From: Microcoleus sp.
GTDB lineage: Bacteria; Cyanobacteriota; Cyanobacteriia; Cyanobacteriales; Microcoleaceae
Assembly (NCBI GenBank): GCA_042408215.1
Contig: JAYFMW010000010.1
Location: 96,001 to 160,000 of the forward strand
Direction: 5' to 3'
DNA length: 64,000 bases
Position 1 is the stretch's first letter. Each line of letters begins with the position of its first letter. The notes beneath the pieces are model-generated. The model was not told where the DNA came from and made no database searches. It was given only the letters and a program-made list of their open reading frames with translations. The position numbers were made by a program, and so were the translations under genes. Positions 21,948 through 32,148 of this stretch are shown here, piece after piece.

Positions 21948-22514
21948 TCACCACAAAGGACGCTCAGGCTCAGGTTCGCCTTTGATGCTGCTGGGAGATG
22001 CGGGAGTCGCGAAAATATTTCGATCGCCTGGAACTGCGACTGTTGGGGGAAACCCGTTTAGCCAATGAATATAAACAGGAAATATTGGCACTTTTTCATG
22101 GGATTGTGAGAGTTGAATGTCCGAACCCCAAAGAGGTGGCAATTGCTCATACAAATCACTTCCTAATTCAGGATTTAGCACCTTTTCCGCAGAGAAACTA
22201 CCACCTTGAATGATGGTGCAAAAAGCTCTTGGCTGGCTGCTATCAGTAGGTTGAACGCAATCTTTCTGCAATTTCTCTGCCATGTTTTCGCATTGCGAAC
22301 GAGAATTAATTCCTAAAACTTGGAAATCCTCGGACACCCACCTAATTACTGGTATATTGCCCTGGGCTGTTTGAGCTATGATTGCTGGCTCCTCATTAAT
22401 TGTACCGCAAAAAAAACTTAATTCTTGAGCGTAGCTGACACTACTCAAACTAATTGTGATTCCCAAAGTAAATGCTAATGTTGTGGGAATTGAATTTAAT
22501 ACTTTAAGTTTCAC
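21948..22514 (-). CDS. Divergent COP23-like secreted protein
   Basis: N-terminal half FFCG...PAIIAQT..GNIPVIRWVSEDF matches COP23; C-terminal half diverged. Confidence 0.65.
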   Translation of the reverse strand: MKLKVLNSIPTTLAFTLGITISLSSVSYAQELSFFCGTINEEPAIIAQTAQGNIPVIRWVSEDFQVLGINSRSQCENMAEKLQKDCVQPTDSSQPRAFCTIIQGGSFSAEKVLNPELGSDLYEQLPPLWGSDIQLSQSHEKVPIFPVYIHWLNGFPPTVAVPGDRNIFATPASPSSIKGEPEPERPLW

Positions 22515-22627
22515 AAATCACCTCCTTTGCCCTAAACAACTCTCTCATATTTCAGGATATTTGAGAAATACAGCAGATGGCAGGTTTATAGGTACTATTA
22601 ATATCCCCGTAGGGCAGGGCACTGCCC

Positions 22628-22822
22628 ATTGGTGTCAACTTAAGCCTGAAAGCCCTGAGAAATCTGGTTTTTACCTGAGTCTAGATCCCCCTAAATCCCC
22701 CTTAAGAAGGGGGACTTTGAGAAGACTCTTGTCCCCCCCTTGGGAAGGGGGGCTAGGGGGGATCTAGATTTAATAGTCAAACAACAGTCTCTGACTGGGT
22801 TTGACCTTAAGTTGACACCTAT
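22628..22822. mobile_element. MITE-like element (8967 family, reverse orientation)
   Basis: ATTGGTGTCAACTTAAG...CTTAAGTTGACACCTAT; nested in GTAGGG...CCCTAC arms. Confidence 0.7.
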
Positions 22823-22887
22823 GGGCACTGCCGTGTCCCTACCATATTTCATCCGATGAAAAACTGCCATACCACCCAAAACTCATC

Positions 22888-23502
22888 TTAAAAAAGTGGG
22901 TTGCTAGCATCAGATTCCACAGGCTGCGGGGATGCAGATTCTGCGGGTTGGGTTTGGAGATATTCGCCCATGTCGATGTAAAGTCGATCGTTCATTTCGA
23001 CATAAACTCGGCGAGAAGGCGCGTTTTCGTTGAGTGAATTTGCGCTAGCTCGCTCGCGCAAATTCACCAGTCGTTTTAATGTATCTCGCGCATCGCTGCC
23101 CGGTTTAATTGTAAATAACAAGCCGTTGTTTGGCAAGTCGCTGGCACAGTCGCCGCCCTTGGTCTGGGAAACGCAAACTACAGGTTGTCGGTTGATAACT
23201 CCTGTTGTCAGGTATTTGAGCATTCCGGCTTTGTGATACTGTTGAAATCTGCCAGATACCAGTTCGCATCGGCGCTCAGCATCGAATCCAGACTCTGAGA
23301 AACTATTAGAAACCCACTTAATTACTGTGACATTGCCGCCTTCTGGTCTTTGCAAAATAGTTGCTGGCTGACCTCCACTTTGGCCACAGATAAAAGAGCT
23401 TGCGGTTTGGGCGGGAGTCGGACTGCTAGGGACAATAGTTGTAGCAAGTGCGATCGCACTTCCAGTAATTAGCGATATCAGTGACTGAAGTTTCATTGGC
23501 AA
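22888..23502 (-). CDS. COP23-domain secreted protein
   Basis: FICG...VTVIKWVS..F..SGFDAERRCELVSGRFQ...LKYLTTG.IN.QPVVC...LLFTIKPG. ATG start probably 23496. Confidence 0.85.
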   Translation of the reverse strand: MPMKLQSLISLITGSAIALATTIVPSSPTPAQTASSFICGQSGGQPATILQRPEGGNVTVIKWVSNSFSESGFDAERRCELVSGRFQQYHKAGMLKYLTTGVINRQPVVCVSQTKGGDCASDLPNNGLLFTIKPGSDARDTLKRLVNLRERASANSLNENAPSRRVYVEMNDRLYIDMGEYLQTQPAESASPQPVESDASNPLF

Positions 23503-24004
23503 TTTTATTCCTGATTTATTTGATGGATTTGTTGGATAGAAATGATTGCTGATTCTGATTAGGTGGATATTAACTCAAGGTGACAAGTCGCAATGGGTTT
23601 GAGAATGGATAACTGACTCGCAGCCAACATCCTGATTCAACCTGCTATCCCTGTCCGCTGACTATTTTTTTATATCTACCTGTTGAGTGTAATTATAAAC
23701 CAAAACTTCAAAAGAAAACTTAAAGATTTAGAAAAGAACAGAACGAACTAAAGTATGATAATTCTTGAACGTAACATCTTGTACCACCGTCAAAAACCTG
23801 TAGGGGCGGGCGATGCCCTGAGCGTAGCCGAAGGGTTCACCAATAGCCAAGGGGGGTGCAAACAGGTTAAATAAACCCGCCCTCATATCAAATCAGTTGG
23901 TATCGAAATTATTCATCTCTCTCTTCTCTTACTCTGTGCCCTCTGTGGTCTCTGCGGTTTAATCATTCCGAAACAACCGTACTTGATATTACCTAGATTC
24001 GAGA

Positions 24005-25696
24005 TTAGAACAGGGGTTCCAGTTTAGGAGTTGGGGCATTGGGGAGAGAGGGCGAGGGTTGTGGCGTTGCTGCCGGCTCGCTACTATCAGATGGGGGTCT
24101 AAAAAGGTCGTCAGGAGCTGGTGTTGGTTGGGGGCTGGGGGCTTGGCGGATGGAAATTTCAATGTCTTGAATTTGACGATCGCACTCTGCTAAACGAGCT
24201 TTCACTTGGTCAGCAACGAAGGAATCGGGAGCAATTGCTTTGAGTTTGTCTGCTGCTTGAGTCCACGCAGCTTTCTGTTTTGATAATTCGGTTTCTTTTC
24301 GCGCATTGGCTGCGATCGCCAGAGCTTCTTCTAATTGCTTCTGAGCTTGTTGTTCTCTGGTCAAATGCGCTTCCATCGCCGTCAACTCGCTTTGATAGGA
24401 AGGTAACAGCTTTTGGGCGTCGGGGTAGACTTTGGCCGTTGGCGGAATACTTGATAGTTGGTCGATCGCGTTTTTCAGGCGATCGCGAGCCGTCTGCAAC
24501 TCTTGGTCTGTTTGAGCATTTTGCCCTAAAACACGGGCGTCAGCAGCCTGTTTGACCGCGCTGTTGTAACTTTCGTTAAAGGGTTTATCCGCAGCACAGT
24601 TGTTCAGAATCCCGCATAAAAAACCGATGCGAGGCGACTCCAGACTAACAATCCCACCTACTAGCAGCAGAGTTGGTAGGACAATCAGGGCGATCGTTTT
24701 CCATCGAGATGTACGATCGGGGATTGGAAGCTGTGGATTTCGATGATAATTTACAGGCTGGTATGGATTGACGGGATTTTGACTCTCAGTAGAAAGTTGA
24801 GTCGGAGGTAGTCCAGGATCGGAACTCACTTCAGTTTTTGATGAACTCATAATAGTTTTTCTTTGTGTTTGGCTATTATCGAGAGCATTTAATACTTCTC
24901 TCGCTGACTGATAGCGATCGCTCGGTTTTTTCTCCAACATCCTATCAAGTATCCCAGCCACTGTGTCGCTGACATTCGCGTGCGATCGCCACTCCCACTC
25001 CGCATCATAATTAATCAAACTATTTGGTTCTTTACCAGTTAACAAGACGATCGCCGTCACAGCCAAAGCATACAAATCGCTATTCGGGTAACACTCGCCA
25101 CCCCGCAACTGTTCCGATGGACAATAAGCTGCTTTTCCCACCTGGGTAGGTTGGTGAGAATTAGCAACACCACCGCCAGTTGCGAGCTGTGTTTCCGCAT
25201 ATTTAACCACCCCGAAATCAATCAGCACCGGTTTTGGTTTACCATTTGGCAGCATGATATTATCCGGCGAAATATCTCGGTGAATAATCCCTTTTCCGTG
25301 AATATATTGGAGGACTTCCAGAAGTTCCCGTAGCCATTCAACGATATCTTTTTCAGAAAATGTTTGACCTTTCCGTAAATCTCCGTAAGTTTGACCGTTG
25401 ACAAATTCCTGAACAATAAACAAGCGGCTATTTTCCTCAAACCAATCCATAAACTCTGGGATTTGGCGGTGATTTAGCTTGGATAAAATCTTGGCTTCTC
25501 GCTCAAATAATTCCCTAGCTTTTCGCAATTCCTCTGGATTAGTATTTCTAGGAGCAAACTCCTTGAGAACGCAGTTATTTCCTTGTTGATTATCTAACGC
25601 TAAATAAGTGCGACCAAATCCACCTTGACCCAGAATGTGGTCAATTAGGTAGCGGTTTTTAATCAAAGTTCCAGCCGATAGTTCTGGTAATATCAC
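24005..25696 (-). CDS. Hanks-type Ser/Thr kinase with TM helix and helical extracytoplasmic region
   Basis: LGQGGFG, HRDISPDN, DFG, SDLYALA; TM at about aa 335-353. Confidence 0.9.
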   Translation of the reverse strand: MILPELSAGTLIKNRYLIDHILGQGGFGRTYLALDNQQGNNCVLKEFAPRNTNPEELRKARELFEREAKILSKLNHRQIPEFMDWFEENSRLFIVQEFVNGQTYGDLRKGQTFSEKDIVEWLRELLEVLQYIHGKGIIHRDISPDNIMLPNGKPKPVLIDFGVVKYAETQLATGGGVANSHQPTQVGKAAYCPSEQLRGGECYPNSDLYALAVTAIVLLTGKEPNSLINYDAEWEWRSHANVSDTVAGILDRMLEKKPSDRYQSAREVLNALDNSQTQRKTIMSSSKTEVSSDPGLPPTQLSTESQNPVNPYQPVNYHRNPQLPIPDRTSRWKTIALIVLPTLLLVGGIVSLESPRIGFLCGILNNCAADKPFNESYNSAVKQAADARVLGQNAQTDQELQTARDRLKNAIDQLSSIPPTAKVYPDAQKLLPSYQSELTAMEAHLTREQQAQKQLEEALAIAANARKETELSKQKAAWTQAADKLKAIAPDSFVADQVKARLAECDRQIQDIEISIRQAPSPQPTPAPDDLFRPPSDSSEPAATPQPSPSLPNAPTPKLEPLF

Positions 25697-25738
25697 TCTC
25701 TTGATTAACCTCTTGTAACTGGTTCCTAGGCTGTGCCC

Positions 25739-25955
25739 ATTGGTGACAACTTAAGACTAAAACCCTTGATAAATCTCGTTTATATGCCGAGCCTAGATCC
25801 CCCTAAATCCCCCTTAAGAAGGGAGTAGGGTGTGAGTAGGGGGTGAGGAAAGAGAAGACTCCGGTTCCCCCCTTCTTAAGGGGGGCTAGGGGGGATCTAA
25901 GTTTAATAGTTAAGCAGCAGTCTGTGGATGGGTTTGAACTTAAGTTGTCACCAAT
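25739..25955. mobile_element. MITE-like element (8967 family, reverse orientation)
   Basis: ATTGGTGACAAC...GTTGTCACCAAT (compensated TIR variant); nested in TTCCTAGGCTGTGC...GCACAGCCTAGGAA arms. Confidence 0.7.
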
Positions 25956-25991
25956 GAGCACAGCCTAGGAACGAGTAGACTACAAAAACCT

Positions 25992-28900
25992 TTAACCAAC
26001 TTGAGTTAGCCGCGTACCGCACTTAGCACAGAATTTCGAGCTAGTTGGATTTTTGTGGCCGCAGCTAGTACAAAACACAAAATCTTGCTGAGGTACTGTC
26101 GGCGGTTGAATTGGCGCTGGCGAAACACCGCCAGGAGGATTAATGACAGTAGTAGTAGTATAAATTCCGTCCAATTTCTGAGTGACTCCGGTTTCATTTG
26201 CTAGAGGCGAAGTTGGATTTAAACTACCAGCCCCCGGTGGCAAAAACTTGTAAGTTTCTATCACCTCTTGAATAATCTTGACCTCTCGTTTATAAACAGG
26301 ACTATCTTTTCCTCCTTCTTTATCTAATTCCGTCTCCCGCACATCAAGATATGCTGTCAATTGACCGTATAACTGTTGTTTTTGTGGCACTGTTTCCGCC
26401 CCATTCAGGATTGCAGTCACCTGTTTTTGAATCTCTTCCTTATCAGGACGACAGGCCACAACTGCCAAAACTTGCACCGTTTCTTCCCAGCTAGAAGCAA
26501 GATCTACATTCTCTTGACCCAGCACAGTTTTTACCGTGTAGCGGATCGCTTTTTCCTTCGTATTGCGGTTTTCTTCTGGTCGCAAAACCCGTAATGCTCG
26601 TGCTTGCACTACCAATTTTAAAATTTTCTCATCCTCTGGAAATACATCCCAAAAAGGCGCTTCTTTTTGAATATGAACTGGGATAGGAGCATCTTTGCTT
26701 TCTCCCCGTGCTTGTGCTCTTTTTGCTTGGATTGATTGGCCTTTCCAATCTTGATAAGATTGTTGCAATTCCCGCATTCCTTCAATACAGCGCAGCGAAA
26801 AACCGCCAACTTCTTGCACAAAAACAATCCGGTGGCGTTCCGCTTCTCCCAGCGGGGTAATTGCATCGCTACTACCCACCCGTTCTCGGATCAAAGGAAT
26901 TAATTTGATGGCGGCTGCTTCAGTGCTGTTACGCCCACCAACCAGGGCTGCTTTGGTATTGAGTGCTGGCGTAAAGCCCGCATCTTTGCCCCTCATTATC
27001 GGCTCGGAAAGCAAAATTAGGGGTTTAGATTTATTGTAGGCGATCGCCAATTGACTGCGGATGTCTGTTTCATCATTTTTAAACATTTTGTACAGTCCAT
27101 CACAGGCTGCCAAATCTCGCTTCAAGCGACTGCTGTTAGGTGCATTATTGATGACTAACCGCGTTTTTTCATCAATAATTTCCTTGAAATCTGGATCTTG
27201 CACATCCTGCAATTGCGGCAAATCAAACAGTCGCATCACCTCATCCGCCTCCCGGTTTTGTTTCCACATCGGACTAGCTTCTGCGAGCACTTGCTTCGAC
27301 AAATTGCTGCAAGTTCCGTCCATCCCCAATTCATACTTGCTTTTCGCACCTTCAGAAGCACCTGCTAATTGCTCGATCGCATCTCGGTACAAATCATTTA
27401 GCTGTTGACGGTCAAACAATTTGATACCATTAATTACCAACACATCAGCACTACTTGCTTGTTGGTCTGCTGCTTTTTGAAAGTCATCACGATTTTGGCG
27501 CAACTTTTGATTTAAGCGAGCCAAACGGCTTTCTAACTCTGTTAAATGCTCTTGCAGCCTGACAATTACTTCCAATCCCAAGGATCTCGATTTGCGCTGA
27601 ATAATTGCAATCAAACTCCCCTCTAACCCGCTGATAGCCGTAGCACAATACTTTTCCATAATGTCTTGTTTGCTCAAACCAAACTGCTCTTGGGAGTGTC
27701 TAATATCTTCCAAACCCTTTTGGTATTGTTGCTGGAAACGAACCTCATTTGGCTCCCAAACTTTTTCGGCTTCCCGGCGAAACTTTTCCACAGCATTTTG
27801 AAAAATCTGTCGCACTGTGGTGATAAAAGCATCAGCAAATTTCGGCCCTTTGTTGCGGTCTTCAAGAATCGTATAAAACTCAGCTTCTAGGGTTTTGCGT
27901 CCTTCTTTGATAATCCGGTTGCGGTTGTCATACATTTTTTGCAAGTAATCGCCATGTAGTCGCTCGTCGGGACTCATTTCACGCAGGTGATCGTTGCGAT
28001 ATTCCTCAACTTTTTTCTGCAAGTAATTGACAAATTCTAGAATTTTGCCTTTTTCCGATCCGAAAATACCCAAGAATCCTTGTTGAGTGGATTGCAGTTT
28101 GTTATCTGCATTAATTTCATTACGGATACTGTTTACCCAGTTGGAAAGTTCTGCTAAATAAGACTTATCGCCCGCAGCACTCAAATCTGTCAACATTTCC
28201 ATTTCTGTCAGCCGAATCCGCTTGAGGTCACTTTGTACAACCTCCAACAAATTGGGAACTAATACCACAGATTCGTTCAGCCACCAACTCACAAAATCCG
28301 CCGCTAGCCGATTGGATAAAGATGTGCGAATCTGGGCGATGGGAATTTCAATTGTGGACAGCCCAAAACTCATAAATTGTTTGGAATAGCCGCGGCCACC
28401 AGGGTCTGCTTGGGCCCAAGAACCTTTAATATTATCTCGGATCGATCGCTTGTGGGGAGCAAAATCTGAGGTCAAGTCCAGAAAGATATTCTGACCGATC
28501 ATTTCCCGAATTTGGTCGAGGGGAAATTCAGTTTCACCGTTTTTAGTTCCGACTAAATAAGTGAAGTCAAAAGCAGGTCTTTTGTCGCGGATTTCATCGA
28601 TTAAACCAGCACTATACTGCACTGAATACTCTGTACGGTAGTCGGAGAAATAGCTCAATTCCATTAGGGCTGCGTAGCCGTTAGCTAAAACCCGATCGCC
28701 TACATTGATACCAGCAAAAGCATTAGGCATCGGCACAATGGCTGTAGTGGTAGGACTTGACTGTCCTTGTAGCCACTTGCGGACAGCATAGCCGATATCG
28801 ATGAGCATCCCGCTGCCGGTACCGCCAGAAATTGAGCCGGTGATAAACACGTTTACGGAGTTACTGTTTACCTTGACGTTATATTTGTCCAGCATAAAAG

Positions 28901-29345
28901 TGTCGTGACCTTTTACGCGATCGCACGCTGAATTAAATGCTTGTTTAATCTTATGATAGTTGTGAAAAAATGCAAATCGACCGCAGGCACGAATCTGTCC
29001 GGCTCCCGCTTCTAAAGCCGTCATATTTCGCTCTAATTCATTGGGAAACCAAGCTTCAATCCAGGGGAAGTTGTCCATGTTGGACATGATATTTTCAACT
29101 TCATTACCGCTGACTTTAGCAAAGTATTTCTCGTTGTCCTTAAATGGAGTTCCACCCGCACCAGGATTATTTAGTTTGTATTCTTTGTCTGTGTCAATTA
29201 CCAGAAAACTAATAATCGGAAAATTCTTCAAACTCCCATAAGTTTCTTCTACTAAACGGCGCACTCTTGCCAGCACTTCATTACCCGTTCCTCCTACTCC
29301 GATTAAAACAGTAGGAACCATACTTTTTTCATCAACAGTAGCCAT
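25992..29345 (-). CDS. Tubulin/FtsZ-like GTPase (Tubulin_2/FtsZl-type) with long coiled-coil region and C-terminal zinc ribbon
   Basis: IGVGGTG, IDTD, GAGQIR, GSISGGTGSG tubulin signature; C-terminal CTSCG...CAKCG. Confidence 0.85.
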   Translation of the reverse strand: MATVDEKSMVPTVLIGVGGTGNEVLARVRRLVEETYGSLKNFPIISFLVIDTDKEYKLNNPGAGGTPFKDNEKYFAKVSGNEVENIMSNMDNFPWIEAWFPNELERNMTALEAGAGQIRACGRFAFFHNYHKIKQAFNSACDRVKGHDTFMLDKYNVKVNSNSVNVFITGSISGGTGSGMLIDIGYAVRKWLQGQSSPTTTAIVPMPNAFAGINVGDRVLANGYAALMELSYFSDYRTEYSVQYSAGLIDEIRDKRPAFDFTYLVGTKNGETEFPLDQIREMIGQNIFLDLTSDFAPHKRSIRDNIKGSWAQADPGGRGYSKQFMSFGLSTIEIPIAQIRTSLSNRLAADFVSWWLNESVVLVPNLLEVVQSDLKRIRLTEMEMLTDLSAAGDKSYLAELSNWVNSIRNEINADNKLQSTQQGFLGIFGSEKGKILEFVNYLQKKVEEYRNDHLREMSPDERLHGDYLQKMYDNRNRIIKEGRKTLEAEFYTILEDRNKGPKFADAFITTVRQIFQNAVEKFRREAEKVWEPNEVRFQQQYQKGLEDIRHSQEQFGLSKQDIMEKYCATAISGLEGSLIAIIQRKSRSLGLEVIVRLQEHLTELESRLARLNQKLRQNRDDFQKAADQQASSADVLVINGIKLFDRQQLNDLYRDAIEQLAGASEGAKSKYELGMDGTCSNLSKQVLAEASPMWKQNREADEVMRLFDLPQLQDVQDPDFKEIIDEKTRLVINNAPNSSRLKRDLAACDGLYKMFKNDETDIRSQLAIAYNKSKPLILLSEPIMRGKDAGFTPALNTKAALVGGRNSTEAAAIKLIPLIRERVGSSDAITPLGEAERHRIVFVQEVGGFSLRCIEGMRELQQSYQDWKGQSIQAKRAQARGESKDAPIPVHIQKEAPFWDVFPEDEKILKLVVQARALRVLRPEENRNTKEKAIRYTVKTVLGQENVDLASSWEETVQVLAVVACRPDKEEIQKQVTAILNGAETVPQKQQLYGQLTAYLDVRETELDKEGGKDSPVYKREVKIIQEVIETYKFLPPGAGSLNPTSPLANETGVTQKLDGIYTTTTVINPPGGVSPAPIQPPTVPQQDFVFCTSCGHKNPTSSKFCAKCGTRLTQVG

Positions 29346-29577
29346 AAGACTCCTCCTTTTTGTTTTTAATTAACCTTGCTGTCAGCTTAATGTCAAACGT
29401 AGTACCAGCTTATTGTCTTCTTTCTACATTCCTCTCGATCCCCCCTAACCAAGAGGGCGGGCACGGGGGCACCGCCCCTACAAGGGGGGAACCGGAGCAT
29501 TCAAAGTCCCCCTTCTTAAGGGGGATTTAGGGGGATCGAGACTCGAATAAAAGCGACATTTATCGTTGATTTGAGGC

Positions 29578-30492
29578 TTAACAACCATCACCAAAAATTG
29601 GCAAACCAACTAATTTCCAGATAATGCTAGGCGTACTTGCAGTCCAGAAAAAAGCATTTCCCAAAGCCGCCTGACCTGCTACAGTCATGTTCATCTTCAT
29701 AGTGCCTTGAAACAACCACCGATCGAGCGGCATCGTCAGCGTCCACATCAAAGCAATCCAAGCAGCACCCAACCAAAAAATCACCCATTTAATGTTACTA
29801 TTGAGCTTGGGAAATATTTTTTCTGTAAATGAAGTATTGAGATTAACATCGGCACCGGAAATATAAATTCCTCCTGTTTCTAAAGTAGCTTGTTTTAGCG
29901 GCTCGAAACTTTTACCTCCGAAGGTAATGCCATTGATTTTAACTTTTTGAGCTGCGGCTTCGCTGACACTTTGCGGGGAAAGTTCAATGCCAGCATCGCT
30001 AACAATCACAATTTCGCGACAGCTATTTGGCACGGTTTTAAAAGCATTTAATGCCTGCCGAATAGGAACATCTAGGCTGTCTTGGGGAGGTTCTGGTTGG
30101 ATAGATTTAGGCAGATTGGGGTCTTGCAAAGCTCGGACTAATTCTGCTTCTACCTTTTTGGTATCTGAACTAAAGTTACTGGTTAATGCTGGAGCTTTGC
30201 CGCCGCCAATCCCAAAGACTTGAATTGTATTTGGGTTTGTTCCTAATTTAGAATTTACCTCTAAATAGGCTTTCACTGCGGCTACTTCTTGCTGCATAAT
30301 TGTACCCGGAGCATTGAAGGCTTGCGGCTGGTAGGTGCTGCTGCTTAAATCGAGGGCGATCGCCACGGCAATATTTGGTCTACCCAACCCGAATATGCCA
30401 AACAGTGCAGCAGCAATTAAACAGAAGCACAGCACAATTAATGGTCTCTGAAATAAAGGATTTTGCCACAGCGGGCGTTGATTTCTAATCAC
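29578..30492 (-). CDS. Membrane-anchored vWA-domain protein
   Basis: MIDAS DLSSS, IVIVSDA; N- and C-terminal TM segments. Confidence 0.8.
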   Translation of the reverse strand: MIRNQRPLWQNPLFQRPLIVLCFCLIAAALFGIFGLGRPNIAVAIALDLSSSTYQPQAFNAPGTIMQQEVAAVKAYLEVNSKLGTNPNTIQVFGIGGGKAPALTSNFSSDTKKVEAELVRALQDPNLPKSIQPEPPQDSLDVPIRQALNAFKTVPNSCREIVIVSDAGIELSPQSVSEAAAQKVKINGITFGGKSFEPLKQATLETGGIYISGADVNLNTSFTEKIFPKLNSNIKWVIFWLGAAWIALMWTLTMPLDRWLFQGTMKMNMTVAGQAALGNAFFWTASTPSIIWKLVGLPIFGDGC

Positions 30493-30528
30493 CGATCGAC
30501 CTATAGTAGTTTTAACTTAATTGGCAAA

Positions 30529-32148
30529 CTATTTAACAGCATCGAACTGATATTTAGACCCCGGAGGGCCGTCTTTACCTTCGACAGTTGTCACTAAGGG
30601 AATCTCTTTGAACAGGTCAAATTCCTTAGCAGTTCCCGATATCAGAGTTCCTTGGGTGAGGAACTTGACTGTTCCCTCGCGGGTAGGATTGCTGCTGATT
30701 GCTGCTGTTAAAGCTTGGGTGGCATCGAAAGCAGTTGCAGTTCGCCAACTGACTCGTCCTTTCCACATCTCGGAGGCTTGTTTGGAAAAAGGATCGTCTT
30801 TTTCCCACCTCCAAGGAACGGCTAGCACTAAATCTTTAATTGCATCTCCTCCTTTGATTAAAGTAGTAGGATTATACAGTTCACTGCCTCCCATTAATGC
30901 TAAAGGTGGGGATGTATCTTTGTTGGCTTGGGCGATCGCGATCGCCTGTTCTACTTGGTCTTTGCTCATCGCCATAAATACCACATTTGCTCCCGCTTTG
31001 CTCGCATCAGCGACAGCAGATTTGGCATCAAAAGTTGCACCAGCTTTGATGTCAACTTCTTTGACAATTTTGCCGCTAGCTTTTGGCACTTCCAGGACTA
31101 ATAGTTCCTTGAGTTGCTTGCTGTAAACGCTGTCGGAGTTGTAGAAAATTGCGATCGCGGCTGGCGAGTGAGTTTTATTAGCATAATTGGCGACTGTTTC
31201 CCCAAGTTTTTGGAGGTAAGTTTTCAGCATCTCATCGGTTTTTTCCAGCAACTTGGTTAGTTTCAAGGTCGCTTTGTTGGAAGAGTCGATAGAAACGCTG
31301 GAACTGACAGGCGAAATTGCTGCTAATCCTGCGGTTTCATAGGTTTTGATAGCATCTTGAGCACCGCTGTCAATGCCGTGTCCCAAAACTCCCAAAACGC
31401 TGGGAGAGTTAACCAAGTCTTGGGCGATCGACACAGTTTTGCCAACTTCGTCATTAACAATTACAATTTCTAATAATCGACCGGGAACCGTTGGACTTTT
31501 GTTGAATTGCTCTTGATATAAAGCTGCTCCTCGAAGCACTTCTTTAGCTGCATCAGCACTGGCACTGATGGGAACTACTACGGCTATTGTTAGGGGATTT
31601 CCTGTTTTTTGAGCCGTCGCATTGTTGAGGTAAATTTTAGTTTCTGGGTCGTTGGGGTCGGTTTTCGCAGCTTGTTGATACTTGGCGATCGCATCATCCC
31701 AATTTTTGCCTACAAATGCAGCAGCCCCAGCTTGTTTTTCAGCATCAGCTTTGCCGCCTGTTAGCAGAATTTTTTCCCCTTGACTAATCAGCGCGGCGTT
31801 GACTGCTTTAGAGCTGAGGAATTCACCTGATGGAGCAATAGTTGTTGTGGGACTAAAAGAAGGTGTGCCTCCACCCGTTGACCCGGAATACTCTGGCGTT
31901 TTGTCTGAAAACGCTTTGTACAAACCAAATCCGCCACCACCGACGACTAATACTCCTGCTACAGCCATCAGAATTTTTTTGATTGGCAATTCACGTCCTG
32001 AACCCCCATTTCCTGTAGGAACCATAGCCTCTTTCGGCAAGCCGCACATCATGCAGATTGACCCGTTGTTGTCACAGGGTGGGTGGGGGCCAGTACCGTT
32101 ATATTGGTCTGGACTATTTTTGGGTTCGCCGTCGCAGCTCCAACTCAT
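30529..32148 (-). CDS. Membrane-anchored LIV-BP-like periplasmic binding protein with TPR-like segment and Cys/His-rich N-terminus
   Basis: IS.GEKIL, PNDPETKIYLNN, IAVVVPI, EVLRG, VLGVLGH, VSWRTATAFDA; N-terminal WSC...H...CMMCG. Confidence 0.8.
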   Translation of the reverse strand: MSWSCDGEPKNSPDQYNGTGPHPPCDNNGSICMMCGLPKEAMVPTGNGGSGRELPIKKILMAVAGVLVVGGGGFGLYKAFSDKTPEYSGSTGGGTPSFSPTTTIAPSGEFLSSKAVNAALISQGEKILLTGGKADAEKQAGAAAFVGKNWDDAIAKYQQAAKTDPNDPETKIYLNNATAQKTGNPLTIAVVVPISASADAAKEVLRGAALYQEQFNKSPTVPGRLLEIVIVNDEVGKTVSIAQDLVNSPSVLGVLGHGIDSGAQDAIKTYETAGLAAISPVSSSVSIDSSNKATLKLTKLLEKTDEMLKTYLQKLGETVANYANKTHSPAAIAIFYNSDSVYSKQLKELLVLEVPKASGKIVKEVDIKAGATFDAKSAVADASKAGANVVFMAMSKDQVEQAIAIAQANKDTSPPLALMGGSELYNPTTLIKGGDAIKDLVLAVPWRWEKDDPFSKQASEMWKGRVSWRTATAFDATQALTAAISSNPTREGTVKFLTQGTLISGTAKEFDLFKEIPLVTTVEGKDGPPGSKYQFDAVK

